A stretch of 64,000 bases of DNA from Spirochaetia bacterium. Lineage in GTDB: Bacteria > Spirochaetota > Spirochaetia > SZUA-6 > Bin103. Position 1 is the stretch's first letter; each line of letters begins with the position of its first letter. Where the stretch lies: contig OZ241907.1 in assembly GCA_965203515.1 (NCBI GenBank), positions 800,001 through 864,000 of the forward strand, given 5' to 3'. A program made the position numbers and the translations under genes. The notes beneath the pieces were generated by a model. It was not told where the DNA came from, did no database searches, and saw nothing but the letters and a program-made list of their open reading frames with translations. Below, piece after piece: positions 10,201 to 19,327 of this stretch.

Positions 10201-13200
10201 GTAGCCGATTGATTTCGTAGTCGATTTTTTCTGATATCTTTTGGAGCCCTGCGCGTTCAGTGTCGAATTCGGTCTCAGGCTGTTCGATACGCCGCTCCAT
10301 CGCGACCAGCTGGGCAACGCAGGTGTCTCGTTCGGGGGCACTGATGTGGTCGCGGGATAACGCCATCTCGATTTTGTTTCTCGTGTCATCGATCTCGTGA
10401 CGCAGGTCTCGCTGGAGACGTTGCAGTTTGTTGTCCATGCGACGGCGTATGGTACCGGCATGCTCCAGGTCGTTGAATTCGATCCAGGCGATCATCCGAC
10501 GCGTGGTCTTGAAATCGGCGGCGACCAATCGTTTCTCCGCCGCTACGTCCAGCGCCAGCGGCGCGTCCGTAATCAAGACCTTGAGTGCCTCTAGGCCATC
10601 ACGAGCAGGCAGACCGTCGGCGCCTACGGGAATTGATGGATAGGGAAACAGCGCGGATGCAAGGAGGTCGCTCGGATCGGGCTCTTGGTCGGCTCCTATA
10701 TCCAGAAAATGGCGAAATCGATCAATGGCATATGCGGCAGTGTTCGCCGCACCGGTGAGAATGGACGGGTCACCGGTTCGCGCGATCAAGCGGAGTTCCT
10801 CGACCGCGGATGAACCGATTTGCTCGATGCTGTCACGAAGTTTCGTTAGGGCTCTGGTCTCGTAGGTCGGATGGGTCGGCTGCGATGCATTCAGGCTCAA
10901 GTGACGACGGGCGAAGTTCACCGCTCTCTGGGCGTGATCAAAGAGCTGGGTTAGCGCGCCGGCGTGTATATCCTGTCCTCGTCGACGCCCGATGACGTTA
11001 CGGTCGGTATCTCTGACGTGTCGTTGAAATTCCTTTTGATCACCTAACTTGCTGATCATTGCGCTGGGCAGGTCATTATCACTGCTGTTGGTATTGATCG
11101 ATGTGATCAAGTTGAATATGATGCCGTCTGAGGTGACCCAGCGCTTCCAGACATCTGTCGCGGGTGCATACTTCATGGTCATATACTGCGCACGCTGATG
11201 CCACTCCGCAACTTCCTTGTTGAGTTGCTCGCGTTCGTGTTTCCAGGCAGCTTCGGAACTCGCTGCTTTCAGCACGGTGGAGTCGATTCGCATTCCATAG
11301 AGGTCGTCACGGTCCTTGGCGATCGAAGTTGCGAACTTGTAGACTGTCGCCAATCGGTCGCTGGGCTTCAAGGCGGAAAGGATTCTCGATGCAAGCGGTT
11401 CTGACGAAAGCAGGGTCGGGCGCAGAGCCGCGGCAAGCGCCAGCATGACGTGCACGTCACGATCTCCGTCATCCTCATTTGCTCTATCGGGTAAGGGGAA
11501 GCGTTCAAGGGCGCGACTCAGCTCGTGAGCTATAGCACCATCAGGGATGGTGAGGTGGTCAGCCAACGATGCGGCTTTGAGAAGCACGGCTGGTGGATCG
11601 TCGTCCGTGATGCCGAGGCGGGTGCTTAAGAGACTGACTTGCGTTGCGTATGCAAGCCGAGGCGGAGATTCGTTCAACGCTTCGGTCATCCGCTCTAAGC
11701 AGAGTGGTGCCAACGGATGGCCGGAGGACATGCGTTGCGTTGGTCGCTTTACCACAGGTTGTGACGGCGGACGGCGTTCCACAGGTGTGGGGCCCGCGTC
11801 GTCATCCGCACCGGCCGTCGTTTTGTCTGGGACACTCGGAGCGGTCTCTGAGTCGACATCGGACACGTGAGAAGTGGGCGATGCTTCGACAGACTCAAGG
11901 ACAGATGTGGATGGCGGTTCGTCCTTTGAAAGGGATGGAGCAGGCCGTGATCCATTAGGATCAAGCGAGGGATCTTTGGGATGCGATGGAAGCTGGTCTA
12001 TCTTGAAAGGGGTGCCGAACGGGGAAAGCTCACTGAGAAGTTGGAGGTGTGCGCGGCGCTGATTACGTCGCGAAGCAAGGATGGTGTTGGTAAGATCGTC
12101 TCTGGCATCGTCCCAGGCATGACGCGCGGCAAGATCGTCGGGGACTTTCGTAGAAAGCGAAGCATGCTGGGCCGCTGCTGCGGACTCCTCGGCTGCAAGA
12201 CCGTGGATTCGGTCGACGGCGATAGGGACCATGTTGTTTATTCGATCGATCTCTTCACGAATCTGATCTAGCGATAGCGATTTCTGCGTCCGTTGCCAAG
12301 CATCCTGTAATCTTGCACGTTCGGCTTCGCGGAGCCATGAGAAAATCGGGTCTTGCTCCAATTTTCCAAGGAATCCGTTCACGCGCGACAGCAGGTGCTC
12401 GAATAGCAGAGGCGCGCAACGCTCTCTTACCTGCGGTTCGATATCGATGAGCTTGTGGATAACCTCCTTGATGTTGGATAAGGCGTCGACTACGGGGGGA
12501 GGGCCTGCTGCGCTGTCGGCTAGCGATCGCAGGGACTCACAGAGTTTGGCCCATTGGTGGAGGATGCTGTCTGCTGTATTGTCCGTAGCTTCGTGGGAAT
12601 CGGAGGGCTGTTCGAGTACGTCGCCGAACTCTGCCGATAGATCGGGGACTTCTGCGATGGCGGCGCGAAGTATCCGTTCATCGTCGACTATAGTGGCAAC
12701 GGCAAACACGACCAACGTGACTTCAACTCGTTTATCAAGATCAAGGGAACTCCAGTTATCGCCATTGATAAGACCTCGAATATCGCCCCATACTAATGCC
12801 GCAAAATCGGCCCACGGAATACCGTCGTTCAGGCGCTGTACGATTTCTGGCCATTCAGCAAAGACCTCTGCACATCGAGTCGAATCGGTTGGCGAGAAAT
12901 CGTAGTCATCAAGGTAGCTGCGGAGAATACGATGATCAAAAGACGGCGGAAATGTAGGCGCGTCTTTGCCGGATCGAAGTTGGGAAAATATCTCCTCCCA
13001 ATGGAGATAACGTCGAGTCTTTTCTTCATATAGTTCAAACAACAATAGTCGATCCCGGTCACTAGACTTCAAACTGCTACTCAATTTTTTCTTAGGAAAA
13101 GAGTCGATCTTTTTCTTGGAGTGATCCAGCAAGGTTCTGCATGAGCTCCGATTGAGACCGAGACTGCTTTTCAGACGATCGAAACCATCGGCGTCACGTG

Positions 13201-13252
13201 ATATGCAACGTGGGAGGCCGTCGCCGATTTGATAGAGATTGTCGTTTTCCAT
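7235..13252 (-). CDS. very large (2005 aa) STAND-like P-loop NTPase
   Basis: SD AAGGAG 6 nt before ATG13252; PY...PPEMFYGRE; Walker A GGRQLGKT; Walker B LLLLLDEAD; KVVFAG; TNYYPHLIQ; long helical N-terminus; lower GC than the flanks. Confidence 0.88.
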   Translation of the reverse strand: MENDNLYQIGDGLPRCISRDADGFDRLKSSLGLNRSSCRTLLDHSKKKIDSFPKKKLSSSLKSSDRDRLLLFELYEEKTRRYLHWEEIFSQLRSGKDAPTFPPSFDHRILRSYLDDYDFSPTDSTRCAEVFAEWPEIVQRLNDGIPWADFAALVWGDIRGLINGDNWSSLDLDKRVEVTLVVFAVATIVDDERILRAAIAEVPDLSAEFGDVLEQPSDSHEATDNTADSILHQWAKLCESLRSLADSAAGPPPVVDALSNIKEVIHKLIDIEPQVRERCAPLLFEHLLSRVNGFLGKLEQDPIFSWLREAERARLQDAWQRTQKSLSLDQIREEIDRINNMVPIAVDRIHGLAAEESAAAAQHASLSTKVPDDLAARHAWDDARDDLTNTILASRRNQRRAHLQLLSELSPFGTPFKIDQLPSHPKDPSLDPNGSRPAPSLSKDEPPSTSVLESVEASPTSHVSDVDSETAPSVPDKTTAGADDDAGPTPVERRPPSQPVVKRPTQRMSSGHPLAPLCLERMTEALNESPPRLAYATQVSLLSTRLGITDDDPPAVLLKAASLADHLTIPDGAIAHELSRALERFPLPDRANEDDGDRDVHVMLALAAALRPTLLSSEPLASRILSALKPSDRLATVYKFATSIAKDRDDLYGMRIDSTVLKAASSEAAWKHEREQLNKEVAEWHQRAQYMTMKYAPATDVWKRWVTSDGIIFNLITSINTNSSDNDLPSAMISKLGDQKEFQRHVRDTDRNVIGRRRGQDIHAGALTQLFDHAQRAVNFARRHLSLNASQPTHPTYETRALTKLRDSIEQIGSSAVEELRLIARTGDPSILTGAANTAAYAIDRFRHFLDIGADQEPDPSDLLASALFPYPSIPVGADGLPARDGLEALKVLITDAPLALDVAAEKRLVAADFKTTRRMIAWIEFNDLEHAGTIRRRMDNKLQRLQRDLRHEIDDTRNKIEMALSRDHISAPERDTCVAQLVAMERRIEQPETEFDTERAGLQKISEKIDYEINRLQKKIKNRLQRSEIPPDSSRYATILDAIGRGDIITANELIDQRDATDAASAGERNSRRQPFSDFYPKRSEAIREAIESQSPGLIIQQIATADELGGMTLTAVPHERRKSAKRMLTAWYDLNRAGRLRDSAGEEIETLFSEIGFIVRHVQLTRRDDRDIGESILETEPLDRRERCPIPEFGSSANGKYRILFLWKSPTEEDILQHAGNSGRRGATIVLYFGVLNKSRRAELARLARERGRSLLIVDDLLLLYLCGETGSRVPILFACSLPFTYVQPYVTTAGLVPPEMFYGREPEMQEIEDRNESCFIYGGRQLGKTALLRAVENRYHRPADGFYAVWIDLKREGVGYDQGYDQGVDGIWSAIWRALSKELEIPADVKVPNPNIPNIKGRIDAFHKFLVDHFNKESGRRLLLLLDEADKFLEVDGTRQVRGGPGSEYRVSTRLKGLMDGTDRSIKVVFAGLHNVLRTAESSNHPLGHFGTPVQIGPLWRDAHALIREPLAAAGYTLENNLITRILARTNYYPHLIQIYGSALVKSMAKRVSEIPPYDIPEELIDATYSINTNLREDFRQRFRLTLQLDPRYEVIAYTVAWECNQHDAVLFEGLDYRKIDEDSRVWWPKGFEDVEPRTDRFRSLLDEMEGLGVLRKVGEHRYTLRNPNVLMLMGTAEEIEENLFRPREVPQEVDSRTFRAHDPKGTDSPSRNPLTYQQEGSLRVMKNGVSIVCGLPASGYDDVLRFLNRKKTDPIIQLEHSTNHDEFEEVLVRHFDRRPEGTTIYVISATIPWSKRWVETALERVRGLDLRGRRDKSVRVLFMADAARLLKLHIAREALDDLNLKRLEWVPLRPWRESFLLQWIDDLGFPDAAEKCPKIVQHTGGWWALLQQLYYLVKEAGNFDEGLERLDTELRDSTSFQHLEKQFCLDCLGSRRDVLCDLAHLKAADFADLRTFAEDRDVDKDTLMSILRWAELLHVVRRNGTTWEIDGVVGRLLTASK

Positions 13253-13399
13253 CAAGGACTCCTTACAGATGCGTCAAAGTCAGCCGCCTAAACGCTTGTG
13301 GAGACGTGCAGAGACTGTTGGGCTCTCGCCCGGTTGCCGTCGGTCTGACGAACATGCCGCGGTCCCGGCAGCCGGGGTTGATGCTGAGGTCGTCTTCCG

Positions 13400-13500
13400 G
13401 AGCAGTTTACCCGGTTGGCGTCGGCGGCGATCATGACATCGCATTGCTTCATCCTGGATCGCGCGGTACCGCCCAGGCCGATGATCGCTGATCTGATCAT
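13400..13500 (-). pseudogene. internally deleted Gfo/Idh/MocA oxidoreductase remnant
   Basis: MIRSAIIGLGGTARS is joined directly to MKQCDVMIAADANRV. These match two segments about 90 aa apart in the intact paralogue at 54925-55962 (VGIVGLGGISHS / LRQCDEMVAAAEEAGV). Confidence 0.45.
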
Positions 13501-13588
13501 GGTTCCCACCATAGAGGTAATCCTGCGTCCGATCAAGCCTTCGCCGTGTCGGCGAGGGCGTCGACCGAACAGGAGTGCGCCGGTGCCC

Positions 13589-13796
13589 TGTGACGCGCCG
13601 CTGCTCGCACGGGACGCCTTCCGCACCGGCCGGTGGGAGCTGGTGTTCCATATGGGCGAGTACTTCACCGGCGCGGGCGTGGCGTTACCTGATTCGCCGT
13701 TCCTGGATCAGGTCTCGATCCGTCGCCGCTGACACCCACTACCACGTGCCCCTGCTGGTCTCACCCTGGAGCTACACCACCTACCGCGGCAGCTGA
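13589..13796 (+). pseudogene. uraH: truncated, frameshifted second copy of the uraH 3' part
   Basis: Aligns with 106-321 (CDAPLL...WELVFH.GEYF...PFLDQVSIR...YHVPLL.PW.YTTYRGS); lacks the 5' third and has an 8-nt deletion (ttcggcat) after 13723. Confidence 0.9.
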
Positions 13797-13843
13797 CGCG
13801 ACCGCAACGACGAGCAGCCTGGGACCACCGTCCCGTGTGAGGC

Positions 13844-14908
13844 TCAACCATCCGCGGGTCGGGGGCGATGATCTGACCGTGTGCGGAACTCACGGAGGCG
13901 GGTGTGCTCCACCAGTTGCCGGATATTCTGCAGCGTGAAGACCTTGCCTCGGGTGGCGAGCAACAGCTTGCGCATGTCTTCGCGGCGTACGCCAAAGCCC
14001 CGGCCGGCGATGCAGGCGACTACTTCGAATGCCGGCTGATCGGAAGGTCGGCCTTCGGCGCCGAGCGAGGCCAGGTGCTGGACGCGCGTGACTTTGTCGC
14101 GTGCCGTACCGTCGTCTTCGGTGAGCTTGGCCTCGATCACGATCTGCGGATTGAACTCGTTGGGGACGACGAAATCGGGAGCCTGATCGAATCCCGGCAG
14201 CCGCTCCGCTCGTCCGGTCTTGCGAAAGCTGATCCCGGCGCGGCTCAGCACGTCTTCGATGGCGCTCTCAACCAGGTTTCCGACCAGTTCACTCACGGAA
14301 TCGCGGTGAGCGGCAAACGGCCGGCCCAGGAAACGCTCATACAACAGCATGGAATAGGGGACACCCAAGTCCGCCATCGAGCGGACACCGGAAAGTCCCT
14401 CTCTGGTATCGGCCTTGTCGAATCGGTGGAGGCTGTCGTGAGGAACGTCCACCGGCACTCCGGATTCAAGAAGATGACAGGCGGCGGCGACCAGTGCCCG
14501 GACTCGGTCTTCGGTCACCGTTCCTCGCCCCGTAAGAGCTGCTCCCGGGTTTATTCGGACTGCGCGGTCAATGGTTCGCGCCGCGCTCTGGGTGATCTCG
14601 ACGCCGGTGTAGCCCGTCGCGTAAGCGGCCCACTCAGAGGGAGTGAAGCCGAGAATGCAGCGCAGCACCAACAGCGTCACCGGCACTTCGAATATCGCTC
14701 GCGTGACCGTCTCCGGAGTGACGACCCGGAAACCCGCGGTGGCCCGCTTCAACGTCTCGTAGCCTGCTTCGAACGTGTTGAACTCCACGAATCCCTTGCC
14801 GCGGGGCATCAGCATGAACTCGGAATGGAGAGCGCCGAACACCGCGTCCACGTAAGCATCCGGATCAGCCCGAATCTCCGCGAAGCTGACCTCAAAAGGG
14901 AACGGCAT
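13844..14908 (-). CDS. PD-(D/E)xK nuclease, putative restriction endonuclease
   Basis: ATG14908 (MPFPFEV); APDFVVP...IVIEAK catalytic motif; overlaps the methylase stop by 17 nt. Confidence 0.75.
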   Translation of the reverse strand: MPFPFEVSFAEIRADPDAYVDAVFGALHSEFMLMPRGKGFVEFNTFEAGYETLKRATAGFRVVTPETVTRAIFEVPVTLLVLRCILGFTPSEWAAYATGYTGVEITQSAARTIDRAVRINPGAALTGRGTVTEDRVRALVAAACHLLESGVPVDVPHDSLHRFDKADTREGLSGVRSMADLGVPYSMLLYERFLGRPFAAHRDSVSELVGNLVESAIEDVLSRAGISFRKTGRAERLPGFDQAPDFVVPNEFNPQIVIEAKLTEDDGTARDKVTRVQHLASLGAEGRPSDQPAFEVVACIAGRGFGVRREDMRKLLLATRGKVFTLQNIRQLVEHTRLREFRTRSDHRPRPADG

Positions 14909-17075
14909 ACTGATCTTCCTGGTCGTGTAGCGCCGCGGCGAAGAGCGGCCCCGGCGACGCAGCGGCCGGCAGCACGGCTGCAATGATCGCCTCCGGGGCG
15001 CCCATGTGGGCAACGGCTGCCGCGAACGTGGCCGCCTTCTGCGCGGTGGGCAGGTTCACGTCCCAACTGCGCCGCAGGTTCCACGCCGCCATGCGGGTCA
15101 GATGACCAAAGACCATGCACCGGGTATCGCCGCGAGTAGGCGTGCGGCCTGCAGCCTCCAGCAACGTGATGTCTTTGGCAACGAGGGCCGCGACCTCCTC
15201 CGAGGTGCCGGCCAGCCAGCGGCGCGGCACCGTACCGGTAGCGCGGCATACGAACACGGTGTCGATGATCGACGATCCGGTGCCGTGGATGTGGATCGAG
15301 CCGCCCATTTCGGCCGGGCATGGCAGCGACGCCGAACAGACCAGCCCGGCATCGAGAATCGCGATTCCGACCGCGTAGTAGGCTTCCAGCTTGTTGTGAT
15401 GGAACGTGAACGCCAGCGGCGCACCCGGCTTCAAGGCGCGGGCCATGCGCGTGTAGACGCCGGCAAGTCCTTCGGTGAAATGATCGAGGCCGCGTTGCCC
15501 GGTGGCGTTCCCGGTCAGCTCTCGCGGTGACCGCGTGGAACGGCGGTCGAAGCCATCGGCTCGGTTGCCGGCCAGCCGGCGAAGCCATACGTAGCAGAAG
15601 TCCATCAGCTCGCCGTACTGGACGTTGCCGAAGTAGGGCGGATCCGTGAACACGGCATCGAGGCTGCGGGCCGGAAGTTCCACCTGCGTTGCGTCGGCGC
15701 AACGAATGCCCACCGCCCGCCGCCGGCCGTCGCGCTGCTCGCCGATCCACTCACCGGTAATCGGCACCTGCAGGTTGCGCGCGCCGTTGCGGCGCACCTC
15801 GAACGGCGCGGCGCAATAGCGTTTCGCCTTGGCGTACTTGTCGATGATGTTGGTCCAACCGCCGGAGCCGACGTTTGCCCCGTTCTCGCCGGTGATCCCG
15901 AGCAGGTTGGACTCGCACTGGATCAATCCTACCGGGAAGCCATGGACGGAAAAGATGTCCAGCGCCTTGAGCGCCATGGGATCGTAGCGGCAGAGCAGGT
16001 TCTGATAGCGCAACAGATCGGACAGATTGGTTGCCAGCGCGCGGTGCAACCGCCGGTCCTCGACCTGGGAAACGAGGCGGCAACTCAGCTCCAGACCGAG
16101 AAGCTGGCGCCCGTTGAACAGGTCGCGGTAGCGGGTGTATCCCCAGCGGTGCAGGCGGCCGGTCTCGTCGCCCGGCGGGATCGCGTCGTCGGGGACGAAG
16201 CGCGGCGCAAGCCGCCGCCAGCGTTCGCCGGCCGCGTTCGCGCGCGCCAGGTCGTCCGCGTCGGGCCGCTTGAAGAAGCGTCCCCGATGCTCTCCCTTCC
16301 GCCGGTGATTGTGGTATTCGATGGCGAACAGGCGATGCTGCAAGGGGCGGCCGGACTTGCCCGGATAGGGGTTCGGATGCCCGCAACGGGGGCAGTCGCA
16401 GCGGCCTCTGCGTGCCGGCCCCGGCACCCGGAGCGCACGGCCGCAGGCAGCGCATCCCCCTGGGTCGTCGCGGTCCGCTGCCTCGTTGAGATCGCCGCAC
16501 GCGGCGCAGACGAGCACGTTGGTCGGGTGGCGCCGGTTTGCCGCCAGCAGGTATCCGGGGAACAGATCGATCGATTCGCCGCACCCCGCGCAGGCGAGCG
16601 TCTTGACCCACAGGAACGACTTCACCGGCACCTCGGCGTCGCCGTAACGCGGGCAGAAGGTGCGGTAGTACGGCCCGATCTCGCCGCGCAGCGTGTCGAC
16701 CAGGCTCCCGGCGGCCCGTCCGTACGCGGCCAGATCGAGATGGTCGATCTCCTCGCGTACGATCCAGGCGGCCATCGGATTGACGTCGAATCCCTGCACG
16801 TCGCAGCCGAGTCGATTCGCCTCGATCAGGGGCGTGCCGCCGCCCATGAACGGGTCGGCGATGCGCCGGCCGAGCAAGTCATTGCCGGCAAAGAACGTGT
16901 CTTGCAATGGGCCGGTTCCGAATTCGGCCAGCAGGAGGCCGCGGAACAGCGTGCCGGGACGGCGCGCAAACCACTTGTGAACGCCGATGACCGGACGGTA
17001 GTTCTGCTGTATCTGCTTCTCCCGCAGCGCCAGGCCGGCGATCATGGGAACGTCGAAGTCGCGTTCGATGCTCAT
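14892..17075 (-). CDS. Zn-ribbon-containing amino-DNA methyltransferase (COG1743/DUF1156-like)
   Basis: ATG17075 (MSIERDF); VHKWFARRP; motif I DPFMGGGT; several CxxC pairs; motif IV FTDPPY. Confidence 0.9.
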   Translation of the reverse strand: MSIERDFDVPMIAGLALREKQIQQNYRPVIGVHKWFARRPGTLFRGLLLAEFGTGPLQDTFFAGNDLLGRRIADPFMGGGTPLIEANRLGCDVQGFDVNPMAAWIVREEIDHLDLAAYGRAAGSLVDTLRGEIGPYYRTFCPRYGDAEVPVKSFLWVKTLACAGCGESIDLFPGYLLAANRRHPTNVLVCAACGDLNEAADRDDPGGCAACGRALRVPGPARRGRCDCPRCGHPNPYPGKSGRPLQHRLFAIEYHNHRRKGEHRGRFFKRPDADDLARANAAGERWRRLAPRFVPDDAIPPGDETGRLHRWGYTRYRDLFNGRQLLGLELSCRLVSQVEDRRLHRALATNLSDLLRYQNLLCRYDPMALKALDIFSVHGFPVGLIQCESNLLGITGENGANVGSGGWTNIIDKYAKAKRYCAAPFEVRRNGARNLQVPITGEWIGEQRDGRRRAVGIRCADATQVELPARSLDAVFTDPPYFGNVQYGELMDFCYVWLRRLAGNRADGFDRRSTRSPRELTGNATGQRGLDHFTEGLAGVYTRMARALKPGAPLAFTFHHNKLEAYYAVGIAILDAGLVCSASLPCPAEMGGSIHIHGTGSSIIDTVFVCRATGTVPRRWLAGTSEEVAALVAKDITLLEAAGRTPTRGDTRCMVFGHLTRMAAWNLRRSWDVNLPTAQKAATFAAAVAHMGAPEAIIAAVLPAAASPGPLFAAALHDQEDQYAVPF

Positions 17076-19327
17076 CCGGGGTGCAGGTCGAGCAGTACGC
17101 GTTCCGGGGTCATGGGGGCGTCGAGGCGGAGGTCGGCGCCGGGGCGGAACGCCTTCATCGCGTTGCGGATGGCGAAGAACAGGCCGATGCCGTACATCAG
17201 GGGCGGCTCGCCGACCGCCTTGGCGCCGAGCGGACCGTAGGGGTTGCGCTCCGGTTCCAGGAACTTGACCGCCATGTCGTCCGGCATGAAGTAGACGTCC
17301 GGCGCCTTGTAGGTCGACAGCGCGTGGGAGAGGCAGCGGCCTTCCCGGTCCCACTGCAGGTCCTCCAGCGTCATCCAGCCCATGCCTTGCGCCAGCCCGC
17401 CTTCGACCTGGCCGCGGTCGACGCTCGGATTGATGGAGCGGCCCAGGTCGTGGACGATCTTCACCTGATCCACGGCGCAGGTGCCGCGCAGGCAGTCGAC
17501 GGTCACCTCGAACACGGCGGCGCCGTAGACGTGGTAGGCGAACGGCCGCCCGCGCTCGCGCTCCTCGTCGTAGTGGAGGCCGGGCGTGGCGTAGTAGCCG
17601 TGCGCCGACAGCCGCCGGCGCGCGCGGTAGGTGAGGCCCACCAGGTCCTCCCAACTCATGCCGGCCGGCTCGCCGGCCACGCGCACCCGCTCGCCGGCGA
17701 TGGTCACCGCGCCCGGTTCCGCGGCGCCCAGCTCCCCGGCCGCCACCTCCCGCATGCCCCGGAGAATCGTCTCGACGGCGATGGCCGCGGCGTTGCCGTT
17801 CAGGTCGGTAGTGGCGCTGGCGGCGCTCGGCGACATGTTGGCGATCCGCGTGGTGTTGGTGCTCTCGACCCGCACCCGCCGCGGCTCGATGCCGAAGGTG
17901 CGCGCCACCACCGCGGCGACGTTGCTGCTGATGCCCTGCCCCATCTCGATGCCGCCGGTGGTCACGCTCACGCTGCCGTCGGCGTAGACGTGGACCAGCG
18001 CGTTGCCCTGATTGAGGTGGCTCTTGGTGAAGGAGATGCCGAAGCAGACCGGCATCAGCGCGCAGCCCTTCTTGACCGCGAAGTTGGCGCGGTTGAACGC
18101 CGCCGCCCGCTGCCGGATCGCATCGACCGCGAAGGTTTCCGTCAGCTCGTCCCAGGTCCGCTCGGCGCGGCTCGCCTCCACCCGCTGGCCGTAATGGAAC
18201 CGGTCGCCGTCGCGCAGCAGGTTGGCGCGCTGGATCGCCGCCGCCTCGATCCCCAGCGCGTCGGCGGCCTTGTTGATCGCGGCCTCGATCACGAACATCC
18301 CCTGCGGCCCGCCGAAGCCGCGAAAGGCGGTGTGCGGCTGCAGGTTGGTGCGGCACGGCGCCGCGGTCACCCGCACGTTGGGGATGAAGTAGGCGTTGGT
18401 AGCGTGGAACAGCGTGCGCGCCAGCACCGGCGGGGAGAGGTCGGCGAACGCCCCGGAGTTCTGATAGAAGGTCGCCTCGTAGGCGAGGATCTTGCGGTCC
18501 GCGGTCAGGCCGATCTTGAAGTCGGCGGAGTAGGGATGGCGCTTGCCGGTCATCCTGATGTCGTCCGGCCGGTTCAGCACCAGCTCCACCGGCGCGTCCA
18601 GGTGCGCGGCGGCCAGCGCCGCCATCGCCGCCCAGTGGGTGGCCTGGTCCTCCTTGCCGCCGAAGCCGCCGCCGAGCCGCTTCACGTCGACCTCCACCTT
18701 ATGCATCGGCTTGCCGAGCACGGCCGCGGTCACGTGCTGCACCGCGGCCGGTCCCTGGGTGGAGGAGAAGACCCGGATCGCGCCGTCTTCCAGGGGGACC
18801 GCGCGGCAGCGCTGCGTCTCCAGGTAGAGATGCTCCTGGCCGCCGATCTCGCAGCGCCCCTCCGCCACCAGCGCGCATTCCTGCCAAGCGCCGGCCACGT
18901 CGCCCATCGCCATGGTGCGCGGCGGATGGATCAGGTCGCCGCGCGCGAACGCCGCGCGCGGGTCGACCACCACCGGCAGGTCGTCGATCTCGACCTCGAT
19001 CAGGTCGCGCGCCTGCCGCGCCCGGTGCGCGCTGCGGGCGACCACGACGGCGATGGGATGGCCGATGAAGCAGACTTCGCGCTCCACCAGCAACTGCTCG
19101 TCCTCGATGATCGGGCCGAAGCGGTTGACGCCGGGGATGTCGGCCGCGGTGAGCACCGCCGCCACGCCGGGGGCCGCGCGCGCGCGGTCGGCGGCGAGCC
19201 GGGTGATGACGCCGTGCGCCTTGGGGGAGCCGAACACCGCGGCGTGCAGCATCCCCGGCGGCGGCGGCGCGTCGTCCACGTACTGCGATTCGCCGCGCAC
19301 GTGCAGATGCGAGTCGACATGCGTCAC
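17072..19327 (-). CDS. xdhB: xanthine dehydrogenase molybdopterin-binding subunit
   Basis: GTG19327 overlaps the xdhA stop; GQEHLYLE, RLGGGFGGKE, AFRGFGGPQG, GGIEMGQG, GQVEGG..QGMGW, AVGEPPL. Confidence 0.96.
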   Translation of the reverse strand: MTHVDSHLHVRGESQYVDDAPPPPGMLHAAVFGSPKAHGVITRLAADRARAAPGVAAVLTAADIPGVNRFGPIIEDEQLLVEREVCFIGHPIAVVVARSAHRARQARDLIEVEIDDLPVVVDPRAAFARGDLIHPPRTMAMGDVAGAWQECALVAEGRCEIGGQEHLYLETQRCRAVPLEDGAIRVFSSTQGPAAVQHVTAAVLGKPMHKVEVDVKRLGGGFGGKEDQATHWAAMAALAAAHLDAPVELVLNRPDDIRMTGKRHPYSADFKIGLTADRKILAYEATFYQNSGAFADLSPPVLARTLFHATNAYFIPNVRVTAAPCRTNLQPHTAFRGFGGPQGMFVIEAAINKAADALGIEAAAIQRANLLRDGDRFHYGQRVEASRAERTWDELTETFAVDAIRQRAAAFNRANFAVKKGCALMPVCFGISFTKSHLNQGNALVHVYADGSVSVTTGGIEMGQGISSNVAAVVARTFGIEPRRVRVESTNTTRIANMSPSAASATTDLNGNAAAIAVETILRGMREVAAGELGAAEPGAVTIAGERVRVAGEPAGMSWEDLVGLTYRARRRLSAHGYYATPGLHYDEERERGRPFAYHVYGAAVFEVTVDCLRGTCAVDQVKIVHDLGRSINPSVDRGQVEGGLAQGMGWMTLEDLQWDREGRCLSHALSTYKAPDVYFMPDDMAVKFLEPERNPYGPLGAKAVGEPPLMYGIGLFFAIRNAMKAFRPGADLRLDAPMTPERVLLDLHPG

